A model generated the notes under the pieces. The model had not been told where the DNA came from. It ran no database searches and saw nothing but the letters and a program-made list of their open reading frames with translations. This document shows, in pieces, positions 37,280 to 48,176 of a stretch of 64,000 bases of DNA. A program made the position numbers and the translations under genes. Origin of the DNA: Gallionella sp. (GTDB lineage Bacteria > Pseudomonadota > Gammaproteobacteria > Burkholderiales > Gallionellaceae); assembly GCA_013044075.1 (NCBI GenBank), contig JABEVG010000005.1, positions 479-64,478 on the forward strand. Reading direction: 5' to 3'. Every line of letters starts with the position of its first letter. Within the stretch, counting starts at the first letter, position 1.

Positions 37280-38530
37280 TTAGATTTTTGCGGGCAACGC
37301 GATCTGGTTGTCGGTGCTGAATTGATAGTCGCGGAAAATATGTTCGGCACTGAGGATTTGATATGTGCCGTCGGCATGGCGATGCGTCGTGTCCTTGAGG
37401 CGATAGGTGTAATGGCCGCACGTCCAGCAATCGTAGTTACGCATATGGGTACACAGGCAGGTCTTTTCTTTGACCGAGATCTTCTTGGCATCGGGGTGCA
37501 GCGCGACCTCGGCATTGTAGGCATCAATGTAGGCGCACCGCCCGTTCGCATCCAGCAAGTAGCCATATGCCTCGCAATTCGGACGGATGCCCGCGCCGAT
37601 GGATGGACTGGTGCTGATCATGCGCATCGGATAGCCGGTCGGCGAAGTGTTATTCACCTCCATTTGATCTTCCGTGGCTTTGTAGTATTCCTGCTGGACT
37701 TTTTCCGGGATACCGCATTCTTTGGCGACGGTGAAACGTGTCGCCACTTGCACCCCGCCACAACCCGCCTCCAAAAAGTTAGTCGCGTCAGTGCCGGTGA
37801 ATATACCGCCGGCGGCGATCACCGGGATGGACAGATGCTCGGCCTGCAGATACGCGAGCACTTCTTTGGTGATGGTGAGCAAATCGTATTCCGCCCAATC
37901 CATACCGAACCCCAGATGTCCGCCCGCCAACGGGCCTTCGACCACGATGAAATCCGGCAGACGATTCAACTTGGCGGTCTTGCGCAGGAACAGTTGCAGG
38001 GCGCGCAGGGAAGAAACGATGATACCCAGCTTGGCATCACGAAAACGGGCGTTGTCTTTCATCAACTCGAACGACCCCAGATGCAGTCCCGCGCTCAAGG
38101 TGATGCCGTCGATACCCGCGTCCAGCGCGCCGTTCAGTCGCACACGCAGCGTTTCGCGCGGCGAATTCATGGTCAGTTTTTCCATGCAGTTGACGAAGAT
38201 CATGCCCTCGCCGCGCTTGGCTTCCATGGTACGGCTGACATGCAAGCGGGTCGATTCGGCAACCTGGGCCAGATCGAACTGCACGATGGATTTATCGGTG
38301 ATCTCGATATTCAACTTGTATTGCTTTTGTTTTTCGCTGACGAATTTGGTTTTATAGCGTCGGTCAGAAACGGTCGGCAGCATCGCGTCGGAGATATGTC
38401 CGATGCCGCCCAGACGTGCGGCTTCCAGTGCCAGCTCGGCCGTGGAAATATCCACCCCCATCCCGCCTATCATGATGGGCACTACTTCTTGTTTGCCTAA
38501 GCGCAAGCGGAAATCATCGACACGTTTCAT
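37280..38530 (-). CDS. Nitronate monooxygenase / FMN-dependent oxidoreductase family protein with a Cys-rich C-terminal extension
   Basis: 416 aa from the ATG at 38530 (MKRVDDFRLRLGKQEVVPIMIGGMGVDIST...LGGIGHIS...VVEGPLAGGHLGF...IAAGGIFTG). The tail contains CLCTHMRNYDCWTCGH. Confidence 0.7.
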   Translation of the reverse strand: MKRVDDFRLRLGKQEVVPIMIGGMGVDISTAELALEAARLGGIGHISDAMLPTVSDRRYKTKFVSEKQKQYKLNIEITDKSIVQFDLAQVAESTRLHVSRTMEAKRGEGMIFVNCMEKLTMNSPRETLRVRLNGALDAGIDGITLSAGLHLGSFELMKDNARFRDAKLGIIVSSLRALQLFLRKTAKLNRLPDFIVVEGPLAGGHLGFGMDWAEYDLLTITKEVLAYLQAEHLSIPVIAAGGIFTGTDATNFLEAGCGGVQVATRFTVAKECGIPEKVQQEYYKATEDQMEVNNTSPTGYPMRMISTSPSIGAGIRPNCEAYGYLLDANGRCAYIDAYNAEVALHPDAKKISVKEKTCLCTHMRNYDCWTCGHYTYRLKDTTHRHADGTYQILSAEHIFRDYQFSTDNQIALPAKI

Positions 38531-38715
38531 CTGGGTTCTTTCTGAACAAACTGCAAAAAATGAGAGGCGAAGGATGCCACAGATAGCCCAATACTGAAAG
38601 CAAAAGCCCCACAAAATCCCTATATCCGTATCGATATCCCCGGGCAATTCCCCGATTTCAGGGAGGTTGGGCGCATCGCACCGATTTTGCCGTGGAGCGA
38701 CGGGTAAAAACCGTT

Positions 38716-40077
38716 ATGATTTCGCGCATGACACCTGCCGCCCCGAACAACGCCGAGCTCCTCGCTCGCAGCCACTCCGCCGTCTGGCATCCCTGCTCAC
38801 AGATGAAGCATTACGAGACTTTCCCCCTGCTACCCATCGCGCGCGGCAAAGGCGTGTGGCTGTATGACTACGATGGTGACCGCTATCTGGACGCGGTGAG
38901 CTCCTGGTGGGTGAATCTGTTTGGGCACAGCAATCCGGCCATCAACGCGGCATTGGTTTCTCAACTGGAAACGCTGGAGCATGTGATGCTGGCCGGTTTT
39001 ACACATGAGCCGGTGGTGCGGCTTTCGGAACGCTTGCGCGAGCTTGCGCCGCCTGGATTAGGGCATTGCAGCTATGCCTCGGACGGTGCGTCAGCTATCG
39101 AGATCGCCTTGAAAATGAGTGCGCATTTCTGGCGCAACACCGGGCATCCGCACAAGACGCAATTCATCAGTTTGCAAAACAGTTATCACGGTGAAACGCT
39201 GGGCGCGTTGTCGGTCACCGATGTCGCGCTGTTCCGTGATGCTTACAGCGCGTTGATACGGTCACAAGCGACGGTGATGAGTCCCGACAGCCGCCATGCC
39301 GCAGCGGGAGAGACCGCCGAAGACTATGCGCTGCGCTGCGCGGAAGTTTTGGAATCACATCTGCAACACCATCACGCGCAACTCGCCGCCTTTATCATTG
39401 AGCCGTTGGTGCAGGGCGCGGCGGGCATGGCGATGTACCACCCGGTCTATCTGCGCCGCGCGCGCGAACTGTGCCGGCAATATGCTGTGCATTTGATCGC
39501 CGACGAGATCGCGGTGGGCATGGGTCGCACCGGCACGCTGTTTGCCTGTGAGCAGGCCGGTATCACGCCGGATTTTTTGTGTCTGTCGAAAGGCATCACC
39601 GGGGGGTATTTGCCCTTGTCGGTTGTCATGACCACCGATGAAATCTACCAGGCGTTTTATACCGACGAGACTACTCGCGGTTTTTTGCATTCACATTCCT
39701 ATACCGGAAATCCGTTGGCATGCCGAGCCGCACTCGCCACCCTGGATATTTTTGCGCAGGATGATGTGCTGTCACAGAATCGCCAAAAGGCAGCCTATTT
39801 GAACAGCATCGCGCAGCCCTTGCGCGAACACCGGGCCGTGAAAAACTGGCGCAACACCGGCATGATCTGGGCGTTTGAGGTGGACAGTCCGCATCATGAT
39901 TTCGCGCAACGTTGTTTTTCCCTCGCGCTGCAAAATGAACTGCTGCTGCGCCCCATCGCCAACACCGTTTATTTCATGCCGCCCTACGTCATCGGCGAAC
40001 CCGAGATGGATCATCTGGTACAACGCACGTTGCATCTGGTCGAACAACTCTGTCAGCAGCCCCAATCAAAAACATGA
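38716..40077 (+). CDS. bioA: Adenosylmethionine-8-amino-7-oxononanoate aminotransferase
   Basis: VWHPCSQMK...GKGVWLYDYDGDRYLDAVSSWWVNLFGHSNP...LIADEIAVGMGRTGTLFA...LCLSKGITGGYLPLS. Start is ambiguous between 38692 GTG, 38716 ATG and 38728 ATG. Confidence 0.9.
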   Translation: MISRMTPAAPNNAELLARSHSAVWHPCSQMKHYETFPLLPIARGKGVWLYDYDGDRYLDAVSSWWVNLFGHSNPAINAALVSQLETLEHVMLAGFTHEPVVRLSERLRELAPPGLGHCSYASDGASAIEIALKMSAHFWRNTGHPHKTQFISLQNSYHGETLGALSVTDVALFRDAYSALIRSQATVMSPDSRHAAAGETAEDYALRCAEVLESHLQHHHAQLAAFIIEPLVQGAAGMAMYHPVYLRRARELCRQYAVHLIADEIAVGMGRTGTLFACEQAGITPDFLCLSKGITGGYLPLSVVMTTDEIYQAFYTDETTRGFLHSHSYTGNPLACRAALATLDIFAQDDVLSQNRQKAAYLNSIAQPLREHRAVKNWRNTGMIWAFEVDSPHHDFAQRCFSLALQNELLLRPIANTVYFMPPYVIGEPEMDHLVQRTLHLVEQLCQQPQSKT

Positions 40078-41462
40078 ACAATCTCATCGCGCTCATTTTA
40101 TTGTGTCTCAGTCACGCCAGCTTCGCGGCCAATTTACCCGAGTCCGTCCTGGACGCGCTCAAGCACGCACACATTCCGCCGGGAAGTGTCGGGGTAGTGG
40201 TACAGGAAGAATCTGCCAGCCATCCGATCATCAGTGTGAATGCAGATGTAGCAATGAATCCGGCTTCCACGATGAAGCTGCTGACCACCCTGAGCGCGCT
40301 CGAAACACTGGGGCCCGCGTATCGCTGGAAGACCGAAGCCTATCTGGATGGCAAACTGGAGAACGGCGTGTTGCGCGGCAATCTGGTGTTCAAGGGATAC
40401 GGCGACCCGAAATTCACCGTCGAACAATTCTGGTTGTGGCTGCGCGAATTGCGCCAGCGCGGCTTGCGCGAGATACGCGGCGACATCGTGCTGGACCACA
40501 GTTTTTTCGCGCCCCTGACTCACGACCCCGCCGAGTTCGACAACGACCCGACACGCGCCTACAACGTCGGACCTAACGCGCTGTTATTGAACTTTAACGC
40601 GCTGCACTTGCATCTGATTCCAGACGGCAAGACCACCCTTGCCTTGCTCGAACCTGAACTTGCCGGTTACACGGTAAACAATCGCATCGTGACGTCGGCC
40701 AAGCTACCCTGTCACGGTGCGGATGCCTATAGCGCGCGTCTGGACGGGCACGCCATCGTGCTGGAGGGCGCGATCCCGCAGGATTGCGGCGAAGCAGACG
40801 ATTATTTTTCTTTGTTGCCGCATGACGATTATTTTTTTGCCGTGTTCAGTTCACTCTGGCGGGAATTGGGCGGCACGTTGCAGGGAAAAGTACGCGAGGG
40901 TAGCGTGCCGCCCGGCCAAACCGCCTTCGCCACCCATGTCTCGCCGGAATTGTCGGAAGTCATCCGGGACATCAACAAGTTCAGCAACAACACCATGGCA
41001 CGGCAGTTGTTCCTGACCATGGGTGCATCCGACGGACAGCCCGCCGATATCGCGCACAGCATCGCGTCGGTGCGGCAATGGTTACAGCAACAGCCGTTGA
41101 AGTTTCCCGAACTGGTGATGGAGAACGGGGCGGGGCTGTCGCGCAAGGCACGCATCAGCGCGCGGCATCTGGCGGAGGTACTGCAACGCGCCACTCGCAG
41201 CCTGTACTCGGCCGAACTTCAGGCTTCGCTGCCGATACTGGGCCTGGACGGGACAGTCAAGAAACGCTTCAAAGATTGCAGCCTGACCGGCCACGCCCAC
41301 CTGAAAACCGGCACCCTGGACGGCGTGAAGTCCATCGCGGGCTACGTACATGCGCAAGGCGGCAAGCAATGGATCGTGGTCTTTATCATCAACCATCCCA
41401 ACGCTGCTGGCGGACAGGCGGCTCAAGACGCGCTGATCGAATGGGTACAGACCAATCATTGA
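40074..41462 (+). CDS. dacB: D-alanyl-D-alanine carboxypeptidase/endopeptidase (PBP4)
   Basis: Signal peptide, SxxK motif (NPASTMKLLTT), and KTGTL motif (HLKTGTLDGV). ATGA overlap with the bioA stop. Confidence 0.9.
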   Translation: MNNLIALILLCLSHASFAANLPESVLDALKHAHIPPGSVGVVVQEESASHPIISVNADVAMNPASTMKLLTTLSALETLGPAYRWKTEAYLDGKLENGVLRGNLVFKGYGDPKFTVEQFWLWLRELRQRGLREIRGDIVLDHSFFAPLTHDPAEFDNDPTRAYNVGPNALLLNFNALHLHLIPDGKTTLALLEPELAGYTVNNRIVTSAKLPCHGADAYSARLDGHAIVLEGAIPQDCGEADDYFSLLPHDDYFFAVFSSLWRELGGTLQGKVREGSVPPGQTAFATHVSPELSEVIRDINKFSNNTMARQLFLTMGASDGQPADIAHSIASVRQWLQQQPLKFPELVMENGAGLSRKARISARHLAEVLQRATRSLYSAELQASLPILGLDGTVKKRFKDCSLTGHAHLKTGTLDGVKSIAGYVHAQGGKQWIVVFIINHPNAAGGQAAQDALIEWVQTNH

Positions 41463-41587
41463 ATGTGGTTTTTTCGACACAGATCGATTGAACCGGCTTG
41501 TCATTTTTGGCGACTCTGGCTAGGATGCGCCCGCATCAAAGTTGGGGGACCTTCCCCATGCATGAATCGAACACGCAAGAGGTGGCC

Positions 41588-42229
41588 ATGAAAAAATTAG
41601 CGATGATGTTACTGGTGATGTTTGCCCCCATGATGGGACACGCCGAGGGGCTTGCCGTCAGCGGCAAAGTCGGCACTTTGGGCTTGGGCCTGGAACTCAC
41701 TCAAGGATATTCGGACGCACTGACTGCGCGACTGGGTTTTAATGCCTTTAATTTCGCCACGAATAGCACCAAGGGCACGGTGAATTATGATGCGAACCTA
41801 CAGTTGCAAACCATCTCGGCCTTGGCGGATTGGTATCCCATGCACGGCGCATTCCGCACCACAGGCGGTTTGTTTTACAACAAGAACAAGCTGTCTTTGA
41901 ATGCTATTCCTACTGCCGGCACAACCAACTACACCATTAACGGCGCGAATTACGCTCTGAATAGTTTGCAAGGCAACGCGACGTTCAACAGCGTCGCGCC
42001 TTACCTCGGCCTGGGTTGGGGCAATCCCACCGGACAAGGCAAGGGGTGGGGGCTGACCAGTGACTTGGGTATTTTGTTCCAAGGTTCGCCCAATGTGACA
42101 CTGACTCAAACGGGGGGAAATGCCGCCGCGCAAGCGGCGGTGAATCAGGAGCAAGCTCGCTTGCAGAACTCACTGAGTAATTTCAAGCTGTATCCGGTTG
42201 CGTCGGTAGGTGTCTCGTATCAGTGGTAA
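41588..42229 (+). CDS. Small outer-membrane beta-barrel protein
   Basis: 213 aa from the ATG at 41588. Signal peptide MKKLAMMLLVMFAPMMGHAEG, alternating-residue strands, C-terminal VGVSYQW. Confidence 0.65.
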   Translation: MKKLAMMLLVMFAPMMGHAEGLAVSGKVGTLGLGLELTQGYSDALTARLGFNAFNFATNSTKGTVNYDANLQLQTISALADWYPMHGAFRTTGGLFYNKNKLSLNAIPTAGTTNYTINGANYALNSLQGNATFNSVAPYLGLGWGNPTGQGKGWGLTSDLGILFQGSPNVTLTQTGGNAAAQAAVNQEQARLQNSLSNFKLYPVASVGVSYQW

Positions 42230-42355
42230 AGCTAGAACGGGTGCGGTTTTTATGTGGTAATTTTCCAGACGTTTGTCTGACCGACGACAGTTTTTCGACC
42301 GGACAGATACAACTTATTTGAGCGCAGGCTCTCGATTGTTTTTAGGAGTGATTTT

Positions 42356-42925
42356 ATGTTGTTACGCGGTCTTGTTTCTGTATCCCTGTTAGCTGTCAGT
42401 GCCACCGCCTTTGCGGATGCAGTCGATATCAACCTGAACAACACCAGCGCGCAGTTGCAGTACAAGGCCGCACTGGGCGGGACGAATCTGGGCAAGTCTG
42501 AATTCGGTGTGGGCATGATCTATAACCAGAATAACAATCTGATGGGCGAAGCCGGGCTGATGGTCAAGGACGATATCGGCGGCAATGCGCCCGGCGTGAG
42601 TGTTGGTGTGGGACTGAAGGCTTTGTCAGCGCGGATCGCAACGGTCAACGCGAACGCTTCCGCCCTGGCGTTGGGCGGCATGGTGCGCTATTCCCCGCCG
42701 GCCGAACGCCGGCTGGGCTTCGTCGGGCAACTGTATGTTTCGCCCAACATCACCACCTTCGGCGGTGCGAGCAGCTACCTGGAAACCGGCGCGCGCATCG
42801 AGTACGAGATCATTCCCCAGGCACAGGTTTATCTCGGCTATCGCAACATCTCGTTCAACCTGAAGAATGCCGGCACGACCACCTTCGATCAAGGCCTGAA
42901 CATCGGTGTGCGGATGTCGTTCTAA
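42356..42925 (+). CDS. Outer-membrane beta-barrel protein, YfaZ-like
   Basis: 189 aa. Signal peptide ending AFA, beta-strand periodicity, C-terminal NIGVRMSF. Confidence 0.55.
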   Translation: MLLRGLVSVSLLAVSATAFADAVDINLNNTSAQLQYKAALGGTNLGKSEFGVGMIYNQNNNLMGEAGLMVKDDIGGNAPGVSVGVGLKALSARIATVNANASALALGGMVRYSPPAERRLGFVGQLYVSPNITTFGGASSYLETGARIEYEIIPQAQVYLGYRNISFNLKNAGTTTFDQGLNIGVRMSF

Positions 42926-42993
42926 ATCGAGCCAAGACCGCAGGGGTCTTCCCCAAGAAACATAGTCGCAAGACGCGCTCCTTGTTTCTTGTG

Positions 42994-43019
42994 AAAGCCG
43001 GACTTGTTCCGGCTTTTTT
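42994..43019 (+). terminator. Rho-independent terminator
   Basis: AAAGCCGGA-cttgt-TCCGGCTTT followed by TTT. Confidence 0.8.
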
Positions 43020-43142
43020 ACGTCTGTTGCTTTTATACAACAGCATTGTTTGATTGTTTACTTTACCCCCTTCAATCGCGCTAGGATGCACGCAGCTGTG
43101 GGTCAAGTACCCGTGGCATTCACCATAATCAAAGGAGCTATC

Positions 43143-43664
43143 ATGAAAAAACTTTCAATCGCGGTACTGTTGTCCACTGCTGTAATTTCTTCTGCCGCCT
43201 TCGCGTCTGACCAAGGTTTCTACGTCGGCGGTAATGTGGGACAAGCCAGCACCAACTTCACCGGCCTGACCTCTAAAACAGCTACTGCAGTTTCCGTGTT
43301 AGGCGGCTACCAGATCAACAAGAATTTTGCCGTGGAAGCGCAATACGGTGATTTCGGTTCCATTACTCCTAATGGCGGAACATCAGCGAAAATCACCGAG
43401 TACGGCGTATCCGCAGTCGGTATGTTGCCATTCAGTGATCAATGGACTGGTTTGGTCAAACTGGGTTACGCCAACACGTCTATTGCGACGAATCCAAACA
43501 CAAGTAACAACTCGGTGTCCTATGGTCTCGGTGTTCAGTACAACGTCAACCAGCAACTCGGTGTACGCGCAGGTTACGATGCCTACAAGGTGGGTGGCAC
43601 AAACACTAACAACACAACAGCAACCACTGGGGTAGCATCGGTCGGTGTGGTGTACAAGTTCTAA
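43143..43664 (+). CDS. 8-stranded OmpA-like/OmpX-like outer-membrane beta-barrel protein
   Basis: 173 aa from the ATG at 43143. MKKLSIAVLLSTAVISSAAFA signal peptide, GFYVGGNVG, C-terminal SVGVVYKF. Codon usage looks like that of a highly expressed gene. Confidence 0.7.
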   Translation: MKKLSIAVLLSTAVISSAAFASDQGFYVGGNVGQASTNFTGLTSKTATAVSVLGGYQINKNFAVEAQYGDFGSITPNGGTSAKITEYGVSAVGMLPFSDQWTGLVKLGYANTSIATNPNTSNNSVSYGLGVQYNVNQQLGVRAGYDAYKVGGTNTNNTTATTGVASVGVVYKF

Positions 43665-43687
43665 GCTTTCAACAAACTTTAGTCGCA

Positions 43688-43715
43688 TAAAAAACCGGGT
43701 TCGCCCGGTTTTTTA
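43688..43715. terminator. Bidirectional intrinsic terminator between the omp gene and ubiD
   Basis: AAAAAACCGGG-ttcg-CCCGGTTTTTT. A-run and T-run flank the stem, and it sits between convergent genes. Confidence 0.8.
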
Positions 43716-43727
43716 TCGCCAGAACAA

Positions 43728-45191
43728 TCACAGGCCCAACCCGTTCCACATCGCATCGACCCTGGCTTTGACTGCCGCGTCCATGACGATGGGCGTACCC
43801 CATTCGCGCTGCGATTCGCCCGGCCATTTGTTGGTCGCGTCCAAGCCCATCTTGCCGCCTAAGCCCGACACCGGACTGGCGAAATCCAGATAATCGATCG
43901 GCGTGTTTTCCACCAGCAGCGTGTCGCGCACCGGATCCATCCGCGTGGTGATGGCCCAGATGACTTCCTGCCAATCGCGGATGTTGATGTCATCGTCCAC
44001 CACGATGATGAACTTGGTGTACATGAACTGGCGCAGAAAACTCCAGATGCCGAACATCACGCGCTTGGCATGTCCGGCATATTGCTTCTTGATGCTGACG
44101 ACCGCCATCCGATACGAGCAACCCTCCGGCGGCAGATAAAAATCCGCGATCTCGGGGAATTGTTTTTGCAGCAGCGGCACGAACACCTCGTTCAACGCCA
44201 CGCCCAGCATCGCCGGCTCATCGGGCGGCTTGCCGGTGTAGGTGGAGTGGTAGATCGGGTCGCGCCGCAGGGTGATGCGTTCGATGGTGAAAACCGGAAA
44301 CTTGTCCTGCTCGTTGTAGTAACCGGTGTGGTCGCCGTATGGTCCTTCCAGCGCGACTTCATCGGGATGAATCGCGCCTTCCAGCACGATCTCGGCGGAG
44401 GCGGGTACGTGCAGATCGCTGCCCAGGCATTTGATCAACTCGGTCTTGCTGCCGCGCAACAATCCGGCGAATTGGTACTCGCTCAAACTATCCGGCACGG
44501 GGGTGACTGCGCCCAGGATCGTCGCGGGGTCCGCGCCGATCACCACCGCGACCGGGAAGGGTTGTCCGGGATGTTTTTCGCAATGATCGCGAAAGTCCAG
44601 CGCGCCGCCGCGATGCGCCAGCCAGCGCATGATGACTTTGTTCGGCGCGATCACCTGCTGGCGATAGATGCCAAGATTCTGGCGCGACTTGTTCGGTCCG
44701 CGCGTGACGACCAAGCCCCAGGTGATGAGCGGCGCGACATCGCCCGGCCAGCAATGCTGGATGGGCAACTTGCCCAAGTCCACATCCTTGCTTTCCCACA
44801 CCACTTCTTGGCACGGCGCGGAAGACACCACCTTGGGCGACATGGTAAGCACCTGCTTGAGCACCGGCCATTTTTCCCATGCATCTCTCAGCCCTTTGGG
44901 CGGCTCCGGTTCTTTGAGGTAAGCAAGCAGTTTGCCGACTTCGCGCAAGGCTTGTGTGCTGTCTTCTCCCATGCCCAGTGCCACGCGGCGCGGCGTGCCG
45001 AATAAGTTCGCCAACACCGGCATGGTGTGTCCGACCACATTCTCGAACAGGATGGCAGGGCCTTGTGCGCGCAACACCCGATCGCATATCTCGGTCATTT
45101 CCAGGTGGGTGGAGACGGGTGCGGTCACGCGCTTGAGTTCGCCGAGCCTTTCCAGTTGTGCGATGAAGTCGCGTAGATCGTGGTATTTCAT
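43728..45191 (-). CDS. ubiD: 4-hydroxy-3-polyprenylbenzoate decarboxylase
   Basis: [22 protein letters not shown]..., 487 aa, collinear with UbiD. Confidence 0.95.
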   Translation of the reverse strand: MKYHDLRDFIAQLERLGELKRVTAPVSTHLEMTEICDRVLRAQGPAILFENVVGHTMPVLANLFGTPRRVALGMGEDSTQALREVGKLLAYLKEPEPPKGLRDAWEKWPVLKQVLTMSPKVVSSAPCQEVVWESKDVDLGKLPIQHCWPGDVAPLITWGLVVTRGPNKSRQNLGIYRQQVIAPNKVIMRWLAHRGGALDFRDHCEKHPGQPFPVAVVIGADPATILGAVTPVPDSLSEYQFAGLLRGSKTELIKCLGSDLHVPASAEIVLEGAIHPDEVALEGPYGDHTGYYNEQDKFPVFTIERITLRRDPIYHSTYTGKPPDEPAMLGVALNEVFVPLLQKQFPEIADFYLPPEGCSYRMAVVSIKKQYAGHAKRVMFGIWSFLRQFMYTKFIIVVDDDINIRDWQEVIWAITTRMDPVRDTLLVENTPIDYLDFASPVSGLGGKMGLDATNKWPGESQREWGTPIVMDAAVKARVDAMWNGLGL

Positions 45192-46060
45192 CAGTAGAAC
45201 CTCTTTTCGCCTTCCGGCCGTGTCTTGAAGCGCTTATGCACCCAAAAATATTGTTCCGGCATCTCACGCACGCGGTCTTCGATGAAGGCGTTCATGCGCC
45301 GCGCATCGGCGATGTCATCGCCGCTCGGATAGTTCTCCCAGGCGGGATAGAACGTCAGCACATAGCCCGCACTGCCCGGCAGCATGCGCGTGATGCCCGG
45401 CACGACTTTGGCTCCGGTCATGAACGCGATGCGCGGCACGGAGGTCATGGTCGCGGCAGGTACGCCAAAGAACGGGATGAACGCGCCGTCCTTCACACCC
45501 TGATCCTGATCCGGCGGATAGATGAACGGCATGCCCGCACGCATCCCTTTGAGGATAGGACGCAGTCCCTGTTGACGCGAGTAAAGCTTCTGCTTGCCGA
45601 AGCGGGCGCGTTTTTTCAACAGCAGGTCGGTCAGATACAGATTCTTCTGGTTGGCATACATGCAGACCGTGTCGGTGTGCTGCGCCACCCACTGCCCGCC
45701 CGCGTCCATGCCGACGAAGTGCGGCGTGAGGAGAATAGATGGCTGGTTCTTGACCGCCTCGAAGTGCTCCACGCCTTCCACGCGTATCAGGCTATTGATA
45801 CGTTCGGCACTGCCCCACCACAGGATGCAACGTTCTATCACGCCGCGCGTGAACATTTTGAAATGGGCGCGCACCAATTCTTCACGCGCGTGCTCTGTCA
45901 TATCGGGAAAGCACAATCTCAGGTTGATGGTGGCAACCTCGCGCCGTTCTTTGGCCAAGTGAAATAGCAACACCCCCAGCCCATTGCCGATCGCGACCAG
46001 CACCGGAAAAGGCAAAAAATGCAGCAGCCAGAATATAAATACGCCTATGCGAGTCATCAT
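45191..46060 (-). CDS. lpxL: Lipid A biosynthesis lauroyl/myristoyl acyltransferase (LpxL/LpxM family), copy 1
   Basis: 289 aa from ATGATG at 46060 ([17 protein letters not shown]...[11 protein letters not shown]...YPPDQDQG...[10 protein letters not shown]). The ORF-track N-terminal extension is rejected. Confidence 0.85.
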   Translation of the reverse strand: MMTRIGVFIFWLLHFLPFPVLVAIGNGLGVLLFHLAKERREVATINLRLCFPDMTEHAREELVRAHFKMFTRGVIERCILWWGSAERINSLIRVEGVEHFEAVKNQPSILLTPHFVGMDAGGQWVAQHTDTVCMYANQKNLYLTDLLLKKRARFGKQKLYSRQQGLRPILKGMRAGMPFIYPPDQDQGVKDGAFIPFFGVPAATMTSVPRIAFMTGAKVVPGITRMLPGSAGYVLTFYPAWENYPSGDDIADARRMNAFIEDRVREMPEQYFWVHKRFKTRPEGEKRFY

Positions 46061-46067
46061 AAAGCCG

Positions 46068-46952
46068 TTAGTCGTTAGGGGGAGTAACACCGTGCGGAGC
46101 TTTATAGCGGTTGTAACTCCACAGATATTGAGCGGGTGCGGTGGCGATGATACGTTCCAGAGCACGGTTGATCTGGAGCGGGACAGACTGCGCGAAATCC
46201 AATTCCAGCGGTTCGATGCGGATGGCGTAGCCGCGTCCTTGCGGTAATCGCTCCGCACACGCCAGCAATACTGCCGCGCCGCTGCTTTGCGCAAGCCTGC
46301 CGCTGAGCGTCATGGTGTAAGCGGGTCGGTTAAAAAACTCAACCCATTCACCTTCACCATTGCCGGGGACTTGATCAGGTAACAAACCGATGGCTTCGCC
46401 GCGCTTGAGTGCCTTATACAGGATGCGCACACCGCCCACATCCGCCGTGGCGAGTTTGACCAAGCCGCGCTTGCGACCCCGAAGCATGAGGGCTTCCAGC
46501 CAGGCTTGTTTGGGTGCGCGATACAAATTGGTGAGGGGGAAGTTTTTTCCCAAATATAAACCGACCACCTCAAAACAGCCCCAGTGCGGCGTGAGAAAGA
46601 TCATTCCGCGTCGTGCTGCCTGAGCGGCTTCAACGTATTCCCATCCCTGCACTGTTTGCACCTTGGCGCACACGTGATCCAGCGGTCTGCACCATACCCA
46701 GGGTAATTCAACGATGCTCTTGCCGGCTTCTGCGATGGTTTGTGCGAGCAGTGCCTGATAGGCCGCTTCATCCTTGGCCAAATTGGATCGTCGCAGATTC
46801 TCTTCCGTGCGCCGCGCGTAGTGCTTGGATAACCAGTATGTGGCGCGTCCGAGCAACGCGCCCAAGCCGTGCAATGCAGCCAGGGGCAACAACGACAACA
46901 AGCGGAATAATGTACGGGACAATAATGAGGTCATCGGTGACAGGGCGAACAA
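46068..46952 (-). CDS. Lipid A biosynthesis acyltransferase (LpxL/LpxM family), copy 2
   Basis: 294 aa. [13 protein letters not shown]...[11 protein letters not shown]...[10 protein letters not shown]. Confidence 0.85.
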   Translation of the reverse strand: MFALSPMTSLLSRTLFRLLSLLPLAALHGLGALLGRATYWLSKHYARRTEENLRRSNLAKDEAAYQALLAQTIAEAGKSIVELPWVWCRPLDHVCAKVQTVQGWEYVEAAQAARRGMIFLTPHWGCFEVVGLYLGKNFPLTNLYRAPKQAWLEALMLRGRKRGLVKLATADVGGVRILYKALKRGEAIGLLPDQVPGNGEGEWVEFFNRPAYTMTLSGRLAQSSGAAVLLACAERLPQGRGYAIRIEPLELDFAQSVPLQINRALERIIATAPAQYLWSYNRYKAPHGVTPPND

Positions 46953-47003
46953 TTTGCTACAATGCGCGCCTTAAAAATTTTTACTGCGTTAGTTGGGATA
47001 ATC

Positions 47004-48167
47004 ATGAGCGAATATTTATTTACCTCCGAATCGGTTTCTGAAGGCCATCCGGACAAAGTGGCGGATCAGATCTCCGATGCGATTCTGGACGCGATTCTAA
47101 CGCAAGACCCATATGCGCGTGTAGCTGCCGAGACATTGACCAACACCGGTCTGGTCGTGCTTGCGGGCGAGATCACCACGACCGCGAATGTGGACTACAT
47201 CCAGGTGGCACGCAACACCATCAAACGTATCGGCTACGACAATACCGATTACGGTATTGATTACCGAGGCTGCGCGGTGCTGGTCGCTTACGACAAGCAA
47301 AGCCCGGACATCGCGCAGGGCGTGGACAGGGCGTCGGACGACTTTTTGAATCAGGGTGCGGGCGATCAGGGATTGATGTTCGGTTATGCGTGTGACGAGA
47401 CGCCGACCTTGATGCCGCTGGCGATCTACCTGGCGCACCGGGTGGTGGAACGCCAGGCGCAACTGCGTCACGACGGTCGCCTGCCCTGGCTGCGTCCCGA
47501 TGCGAAATCGCAAGTCACCATCAAGTACGTGGATGGCAAGCCGCACTCGATAGACACCGTGGTGCTGTCCACCCAGCACGCGCCGGAAATGACGCTGGAA
47601 CAGATCCGCGAAGCGGCGATAGAAGAAATCATCAAGCCCATGCTGCCCAAGGAATTGATGAAGGGCAAGATCAATTATCTGGTGAATCCGACCGGACGTT
47701 TCGTCATCGGCGGACCTCAAGGTGACTGCGGATTGACTGGACGTAAAATTATCGTCGATACCTACGGCGGCGCAGCCCCACACGGCGGTGGCGCGTTCTC
47801 CGGCAAAGATCCTTCCAAAGTGGATCGCTCCGCAGCCTATGCGGGGCGTTACGTGGCGAAGAACATCGTCGCCGCAGGTCTGGCGAGCAAGTGTCTGGTG
47901 CAGATCTCTTACGCTATCGGCGTGGCCAAGCCTACCAGCGTGATGGTGGACACTTACGGCACGGGCAAGATCTCGAATGAGAAACTGACCGAACTGGTGT
48001 TGCGCCATTTCGATCTGCGTCCCAAAGGCATTGTGCAGATGCTCGACCTGCTGCGTCCGATCTACGAGAACACCGCCGCATATGGCCATTTCGGTCGCGA
48101 AGAGCCGGGCTTCACCTGGGAAAATACCGACAAGGCGATTGCGTTGCGGGAAGACGCGGCCAAATAA
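47004..48167 (+). CDS. metK: S-adenosylmethionine synthase
   Basis: [30 protein letters not shown]... [19 protein letters not shown]. Confidence 0.98.
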   Translation: MSEYLFTSESVSEGHPDKVADQISDAILDAILTQDPYARVAAETLTNTGLVVLAGEITTTANVDYIQVARNTIKRIGYDNTDYGIDYRGCAVLVAYDKQSPDIAQGVDRASDDFLNQGAGDQGLMFGYACDETPTLMPLAIYLAHRVVERQAQLRHDGRLPWLRPDAKSQVTIKYVDGKPHSIDTVVLSTQHAPEMTLEQIREAAIEEIIKPMLPKELMKGKINYLVNPTGRFVIGGPQGDCGLTGRKIIVDTYGGAAPHGGGAFSGKDPSKVDRSAAYAGRYVAKNIVAAGLASKCLVQISYAIGVAKPTSVMVDTYGTGKISNEKLTELVLRHFDLRPKGIVQMLDLLRPIYENTAAYGHFGREEPGFTWENTDKAIALREDAAK

Positions 48168-48176
48168 TTCATCACT

